A program made the position numbers and the translations under genes. The notes beneath the pieces are model-generated. The model had not been told where the DNA came from, did not search any database, and saw only the letters and a program-made list of their open reading frames with translations. A stretch of DNA of 64,000 nucleotides from a virus: positions 1-64,000 of IMG/VR virus record IMGVR_UViG_3300050821_005528; one strand, 5' to 3'. Positions 60,049-64,000 of the stretch are shown here, piece by piece. Within the stretch, counting starts at the first letter, position 1. Every line of letters begins with the position of its first letter.

Positions 60049-60501
60049 ATGTCCGGTTCAGGATTGATGGATTTTCTTATCGTCGTCGTTGGACTCTGCA
60101 TTATTGTCGGAATGATTTTTGCCGCGTTGGAGTTCATCTCGCCCGATGTCAGGTTTAAGACAATTGCGCGATATGCTGTCGGAGGCGCCGCGCTCTTGGC
60201 GTTTCTGGTGGCAATCAAGAACGTGCTATTCGGCGGCAGTGGCGCTGGTGTGGCGATTTCCCCCGTTGGCGTGATCGAGTTCGCTATTGGTATCATCGTG
60301 ATACTGGTGGTGCTTTTCATCATCTTTTGGGCGTTGGATTTCTTTGCGCCATCGGCAGGATTCCTTGTTCCGATCAAATATGTCATCGGCGCTATTGCTC
60401 TGATCGCTATCCTGGTGGTGGCGGAACAGGTGCTGTTCGGAGGCGGATTGATGCGGGGCGGCGGCATATCGTTCCTACCGCACCAGCAGCCGACGAGATA
60501 A
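60049..60501 (+). CDS. four-TM membrane protein with internal duplication
   Basis: The two halves align: MDFLIVVVGLCIIVGMIFAALEFISP...IARYAVGGAALLAFLVAIKNVLFGG versus IEFAIGIIVILVVLFIIFWALDFFAP...IKYVIGAIALIAILVVAEQVLFGG. Confidence 0.65.
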   Translation: MSGSGLMDFLIVVVGLCIIVGMIFAALEFISPDVRFKTIARYAVGGAALLAFLVAIKNVLFGGSGAGVAISPVGVIEFAIGIIVILVVLFIIFWALDFFAPSAGFLVPIKYVIGAIALIAILVVAEQVLFGGGLMRGGGISFLPHQQPTR

Positions 60502-60505
60502 CGCC

Positions 60506-60619
60506 ATGGGTCTGATCCTTCTTGTTATCGTTGTTCTCGTCCTGTTCGGCATAGGACACTTTGGTGCAGCGACCGGCCGACCGATGATCGCACATAACCC
60601 CGGCTCTCTCCTGAATTGA
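60506..60619 (+). CDS. 37-aa single-TM peptide ending in the recurrent-element mini-ORF
   Basis: MGLILLVIVVLVLFGIGHFGAATGRPMIAHNPGSLLN. Confidence 0.35.
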   Translation: MGLILLVIVVLVLFGIGHFGAATGRPMIAHNPGSLLN

Positions 60620-60620
60620 A
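60583..60620 (+). promoter_or_regulatory. bipartite recurrent element, copy 8 (GATGATCGCAC, 16-nt spacer ATAACCCCGGCTCTCT, CCTGAATTGAA)
   Basis: Ends 11 nt before ATG 60631. Confidence 0.65.
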
Positions 60621-60630
60621 AGAACTTCTC

Positions 60631-61302
60631 ATGAAACTATTCCCCATCCTCACCGCGCTTCTACTTACCGCCACGGCAGCACAAGCGCAGAATCCGCGAC
60701 CACGCCCCGAAGCCGCGCCACGCTTCGATCATACCGACGAGCCACGCGAGGGCGCGGTGGGCTTGACGCCCCTCATCTGCGATCCGCTCAATCTGCTCCC
60801 TGGCTGCAAGAGCCCCGTCACAGGCCAAACCGTCACGTCCGATGCCAGCAAGGCCATCACCCAGGTATTCACGAGCCTCGCCGCATTCATCGATCAGGGC
60901 GTGGTGGAAGCCGAACAGCTTGCCATGGCGATTCCCGATCTGCCCGATGGCGTGGGCCAACAGTGCTGGATGCAGATGCGCAAGACATCAGCCGTGTTCA
61001 AGGCACATCCGGTGCCGGTCACGCTCCAACTACCGCTCGATCTCCAGGCGATCCGCCTGTTGGTGATGTCGGCCAACGACCTGTGCGCCAGCTCGGCGTG
61101 CACGCAGCTTTTCTCGGATGCCGCCAACCTCGCGACCGCAGCGGCTGGCGCCGGGGGGTTTTCGATCCCAATCCCCAGCCTCGCGAGCGTGTGCAGCAAG
61201 ATTCCGGTGATCCGCTCCACCCCGACCGTGGCCGACCCGACGCTCCCGCCGGTTACGCCGGTGCCCGTCGTGCCGGCGCCTGCACCAACGCCGCCTCCGT
61301 AA
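60631..61302 (+). CDS. secreted protein with Pro-rich C-terminus (223 aa)
   Basis: Start moved to ATG 60631. Signal MKLFPILTALLLTATAAQA followed by QN. Confidence 0.6.
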   Translation: MKLFPILTALLLTATAAQAQNPRPRPEAAPRFDHTDEPREGAVGLTPLICDPLNLLPGCKSPVTGQTVTSDASKAITQVFTSLAAFIDQGVVEAEQLAMAIPDLPDGVGQQCWMQMRKTSAVFKAHPVPVTLQLPLDLQAIRLLVMSANDLCASSACTQLFSDAANLATAAAGAGGFSIPIPSLASVCSKIPVIRSTPTVADPTLPPVTPVPVVPAPAPTPPP

Positions 61303-61880
61303 TGGTCAAGCCTGCGTCCATCGTCGCGGCGCTGTGGCTAGCCCTTGCCAGCGCAGCGCCGGCCCAGGCGCCGCCCCCCGCGGTATCGCCTCCGGTACAG
61401 ACCCAGCCATATATCGCTCCGACGCTGCCTGACCTACCGCGAGGGCTCAGTTCGGGCGACCGCGAGCTGATCCTGCTGCTGGTCGCCGAGCGCGACCGAC
61501 AATACAACCAGCGCTTCCATGCCCAGGAGATCGCGGTCGCCGCCGCCCTGGCCGCTGCCAAGGAAGCCGTCGCCGCCGCGCTCACCGCTGCCAAGGAGGC
61601 CGTGGACAAGGCCGCCGCAGCCAACGACAAGCATTTCGACAGTGTAAACGAATTCCGCAAGACCTTGACCGATCAGACAGCTTCATTCCCGACCCGCAAT
61701 GAGGTAGATATCAAGTTCAAGGCGATCGAGGACAAGATCGGTCTCCTCATCACGCGCGACAACCAACTGGCAGGACGCAGCGAAGGATACTCGTCACTGT
61801 GGAACGGGATCATAGCAATCATCGGCGTCTTGATCGGCGGCGGCATGCTGGCGATGGCCTTTCGACAAAGGGGAAAGTGA
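61302..61880 (+). CDS. envelope protein with N-terminal signal, coiled-coil and C-terminal TM anchor
   Basis: ASIVAALWLALASAAPAQA, then an AAALAAAKEAVAAALTAAKEAV repeat, then IIAIIGVLIGGGMLAMAF. Confidence 0.55.
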   Translation: MVKPASIVAALWLALASAAPAQAPPPAVSPPVQTQPYIAPTLPDLPRGLSSGDRELILLLVAERDRQYNQRFHAQEIAVAAALAAAKEAVAAALTAAKEAVDKAAAANDKHFDSVNEFRKTLTDQTASFPTRNEVDIKFKAIEDKIGLLITRDNQLAGRSEGYSSLWNGIIAIIGVLIGGGMLAMAFRQRGK

Positions 61881-61884
61881 TAAG

Positions 61885-62361
61885 ATGCCCAAAGTCTACG
61901 CCGTAATGATCATGGGCCAGGGTGGCTACCTCACTAGCTACGGCGTGGTCCGCATGGCCGCAGCGGCCCGTCAGCTCGGCATCCAGGCCGACGTATTCAC
62001 CTACGGCTCGACCGACGCCATCGCCGCCGCTGTGGACGCACACCGCACCACGGGCTACCTCATCGCCGGCTTGGGCTATTCGCTGGGCGTCTCGGCGCTG
62101 ACCTATGCGCAGCGCACCCGCATGTTCGATCTGGTGCTCTGCGTGGCCGGCAGCAAGCTTGGGCAGAATTACCCGATCAATCACGCCAAGACCACACGTT
62201 CCGTCCTGTGGCGCGGACCTGGCGTGCTGTCGGGCGCTGGCGGCGATCTTGGATTCGACGTGGTGCACGACGTAGCGGGAGCGCCGCACCTGTGGATGGA
62301 TTTTGCGCCGGAAGTGGCAAGTGGCGTAGAATCTGAGTTGAACGCACTTCTTCGGCGATGA
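61885..62361 (+). CDS. small GxSxG (alpha/beta-hydrolase-like) protein
   Basis: YLIAGLGYSLGVSAL is a nucleophile-elbow-like motif. At 158 aa it is short for a full alpha/beta-hydrolase. Confidence 0.45.
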   Translation: MPKVYAVMIMGQGGYLTSYGVVRMAAAARQLGIQADVFTYGSTDAIAAAVDAHRTTGYLIAGLGYSLGVSALTYAQRTRMFDLVLCVAGSKLGQNYPINHAKTTRSVLWRGPGVLSGAGGDLGFDVVHDVAGAPHLWMDFAPEVASGVESELNALLRR

Positions 62362-62403
62362 TGGCAAGGGAGAACGATATGGCAATCCCTCTCCTGAATT
62401 GAA
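62357..62403 (+). promoter_or_regulatory. bipartite recurrent element, copy 9 (GATGATGGCAA, 25-nt spacer, CCTGAATTGAA)
   Basis: Box1 overlaps the stop of 61885-62361. Mini-ORF MMARENDMAIPLLN (62358-62402). Confidence 0.6.
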
Positions 62404-62462
62404 TAAAGCTTCAAAGCGCGGAGCGGGACCTATTGATCCCGTTGGTTACAACTGAGGAAGCA

Positions 62463-62753
62463 ATGTCGCTGGTTCCGCAGGTCGACTTCGACTTTACCGC
62501 AGGGGATTTGATCAAGATCGTGGTCCTGGTGGTCGGGTGGGTCGTGACCATCGTCAAGATCGACGGGAGGTTGAAGAACGTCGAGAAGGAAATCAAGGAC
62601 GTTACGGCTCTGACCCGCTGGAAGGAGCGCATTGAGGAGCGGATCATCACCCAGCGCCGCGACATCGATGATCTGCGGCGGGGCCGCGGTTTCATCCGCA
62701 ACGGTGGTGTGAACGGAGAATATACCAAGGACGGAAAATTAGACGACCGCTAA
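62463..62753 (+). CDS. N-terminal TM plus coiled-coil protein (96 aa; i-spanin- or holin-like topology)
   Basis: ATG after GAGGAAG. LIKIVVLVVGWVVTIV followed by a charged helix. Confidence 0.5.
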   Translation: MSLVPQVDFDFTAGDLIKIVVLVVGWVVTIVKIDGRLKNVEKEIKDVTALTRWKERIEERIITQRRDIDDLRRGRGFIRNGGVNGEYTKDGKLDDR

Positions 62754-62781
62754 ACAGGCCTCGCCCACGGTCGGGCGCGCC

Positions 62782-63108
62782 CTACGTGTTGAGAGCGCGT
62801 GCGCGTTCCAAGAGTTCCTTAGCGCGGTCGATTGCCGCTCGCGCCAGGCGCAAACAATATTCCCGATCCGTCTCGCTGCCCTCTGACCATTTCCGCTTGA
62901 GATCGGGCGGGTAGTCATCCGTATAGCGCGCGTTGTGGATCGCTTCCGCCATCAGGTATAGATCGGTGCCATCATCCATGCCGGCCTGATGGCATGCCTC
63001 CAAGGCAGCACGAAGGCGTTCAATCTCCCCAACAAATTCTTCACGCGTCGGACTGCTGTGTGCGCTGTGCCGCATGTGAAGCCGGTAGCGCTCGATGATG
63101 TCCGACAT
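62782..63108 (-). CDS. hypothetical protein (108 aa)
   Basis: Converges on 62463-62753. Confidence 0.55.
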   Translation of the reverse strand: MSDIIERYRLHMRHSAHSSPTREEFVGEIERLRAALEACHQAGMDDGTDLYLMAEAIHNARYTDDYPPDLKRKWSEGSETDREYCLRLARAAIDRAKELLERARALNT

Positions 63109-63123
63109 TGCGGGCGTCCGCTG

Positions 63124-63321
63124 TTATCGAAGGTGAAGGAAGGAACCGAGCGTGGCGTCGAGCGCTTTCGTCGGTTCGCGCTTCACATTCAGTTGGTGAT
63201 AGATTCTGATCGTTACGTTGTTCACGATCGCTGCCCGCGTCGCTTCCGAGAGACCCGGAGCGCCAACCTTCAAGGCGTGCTCGAAGGCGCCTCGCACGAC
63301 CTCTAGCTCGTATGTCGTCAT
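63124..63321 (-). CDS. hypothetical protein (65 aa)
   Basis: Start at the internal ATG (MTTYELEV). Confidence 0.45.
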   Translation of the reverse strand: MTTYELEVVRGAFEHALKVGAPGLSEATRAAIVNNVTIRIYHQLNVKREPTKALDATLGSFLHLR

Positions 63322-63338
63322 GATCGGGCCTCTTGTGT

Positions 63339-63578
63339 TCACTGGACAGCTGGCGGCCACTTGTCGGCCAATTCGGCTTGTCGCCGGTTAGGGTCAGGAA
63401 ACGTCACCTGCATCATCTCAGTCATGCGGGCGATTTTGTCGAGCGCCCGAAGATAGGACCGAGCGAGCACACATCCCGCACAATCTGGGTCGCCAGGAAC
63501 GAGATCGACGAATGCGCTAGACCGCCCCTCAAGCCAACGATTGGCTGTCGCCCAAGCTTCTTGCCGTTCTTCGGACAT
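63339..63578 (-). CDS. hypothetical protein, paralogue of 49344-49640
   Basis: Shares the VPGDPDC..CVLAR motif. Confidence 0.6.
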   Translation of the reverse strand: MSEERQEAWATANRWLEGRSSAFVDLVPGDPDCAGCVLARSYLRALDKIARMTEMMQVTFPDPNRRQAELADKWPPAVQ

Positions 63579-63586
63579 TCGGGGCC

Positions 63587-63805
63587 TCAGATGAGAACGT
63601 TAACGTTTTTGTCTTCCGAGGCGAACGCCGCCACCGGATAGTTGACTTTACGGCTGAACAGATGTGGTCGCATGCGCGAGCAATTTCCGTTCTCGTGCAG
63701 CACGTACACATTGACGCGAAGCACCTTGAGGACGCGGTAGTAGCCAGTGCCGTTCTTATCCGTATTGACGAGCGTATCGCCGGGCTTGATGTCATCGATC
63801 TTCAC
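63587..63805 (-). CDS. hypothetical protein (72 aa)
   Basis: GTG start after GGAGG. Confidence 0.5.
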   Translation of the reverse strand: MKIDDIKPGDTLVNTDKNGTGYYRVLKVLRVNVYVLHENGNCSRMRPHLFSRKVNYPVAAFASEDKNVNVLI

Positions 63806-63826
63806 GGCCGGGGCCTCCGGTGTTGA

Positions 63827-64000
63827 CTAGGCGGCTTTGCTGTCGGCGGTCGAAACAAGCGCCTGCTCGATGCCTCGCTGCGCGTTCTCAAGTCGCTGCA
63901 AAAGATTGTTCAGTTCACTGACAGTCGGCTTCGCTTTTGCGCCGTGCATTGCGCGCTGCCGAAGCGTATGGAGGCACTGACTGACCTCGCCATGCGCTCC
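63827..64000 (-). CDS. C-terminal fragment of a leftward gene that runs off the window
   Basis: Open frame to the window edge, ending ...VSTADSKAA followed by a stop. Confidence 0.35.
   Translation of the reverse strand, partial: GAHGEVSQCLHTLRQRAMHGAKAKPTVSELNNLLQRLENAQRGIEQALVSTADSKAA

Noticed and set aside
1980-62403. The recurrent element as a CRISPR array, att sites, a sigma54 promoter or a CtrA box.
   Set aside because: The copies are kilobases apart and oriented with genes, so they are not a CRISPR array. No integrase is present and there are nine copies, so they are not attL/attR. TGGCA occurs in only two box1 variants and lacks a TTGC at +5, so sigma54 does not fit. There is no TTAA-N7-TTAA, so CtrA does not fit.
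1980-62403. The recurrent element as a T7-like single-subunit RNAP promoter.
   Set aside because: No phage RNA polymerase gene is recognisable in the 64 kb, and the two-box layout with variable spacing is unlike T7-type promoters. An RNAP outside the window cannot be excluded.
62463-62753. Calling this gene an i-spanin.
   Set aside because: The topology (N-terminal TM plus coiled-coil) fits. However, no embedded or adjacent lipobox-containing o-spanin ORF could be found, so only the topology is reported.
62762-62777. A possible bidirectional terminator between the convergent genes (CGCCC acggtc GGGCG).
   Set aside because: The stem is only 5 bp and there is no flanking T/A run, which is too weak to call.

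Overview
GC-rich (about 60% by eye), very gene-dense DNA that reads as tailed-phage or prophage sequence from end to end, with roughly 110 plausible ORFs. I saw no host housekeeping genes, tRNA, rRNA, CRISPR array, integrase or att site. GcrA- and CcrM-type genes point to an alphaproteobacterial host (inference). Layout: (1) 1-9.7 kb holds small early genes, a leftward RHH-containing insert, a switch region with a Cro/CI-like HTH, then an ATGA-chained DNA-modification and host-takeover set (DUF5131 three-Cys protein, gamma-class MTase, GcrA homologue, ASCH, DUF1937-like, beta-class MTase, HNH) and a wHTH initiator-like gene carrying an ori-like palindrome. (2) 10-12.4 kb holds terminase small and large subunits. 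(3) 13.1-28.6 kb holds the portal, a GroES-like protein, a scaffold-like protein, a 6.4 kb sugar-nucleotide/glycosyltransferase/radical-SAM/ThDP cassette welded into the head operon, then a promoter and capsid genes. (4) 28.6-45 kb holds Ser/Thr/Ala-rich tail and fibre proteins (one with a tail-collar domain), a GNAT-like protein and two giant virion proteins of 976 and 1246 aa. I recognised no tail tube, sheath or tape measure, so a podovirus-like virion is inferred. (5) 45.2-46.1 kb holds an FN3-like moron flanked by 27-bp perfect direct repeats. (6) 46.1-50.9 kb is a mostly leftward block of small genes with a second XRE-type switch. (7) 51.1-62.8 kb is a rightward block of 22 genes, 17 of which start with a signal peptide or TM segment; it also carries a GH25 lysozyme, a papain-like C1 peptidase, a permuted-papain amidase, a GxSxG protein and holin-like proteins. 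(8) 62.8-64 kb is another leftward block. The strongest DNA-level signal is a bipartite element (CGATGATCGCA ... CCTGAATT[G/A]AA) present in 9 oriented copies upstream of gene-module starts, each opening a mini-ORF. All functional calls rest on motifs read by eye; no database search was possible.
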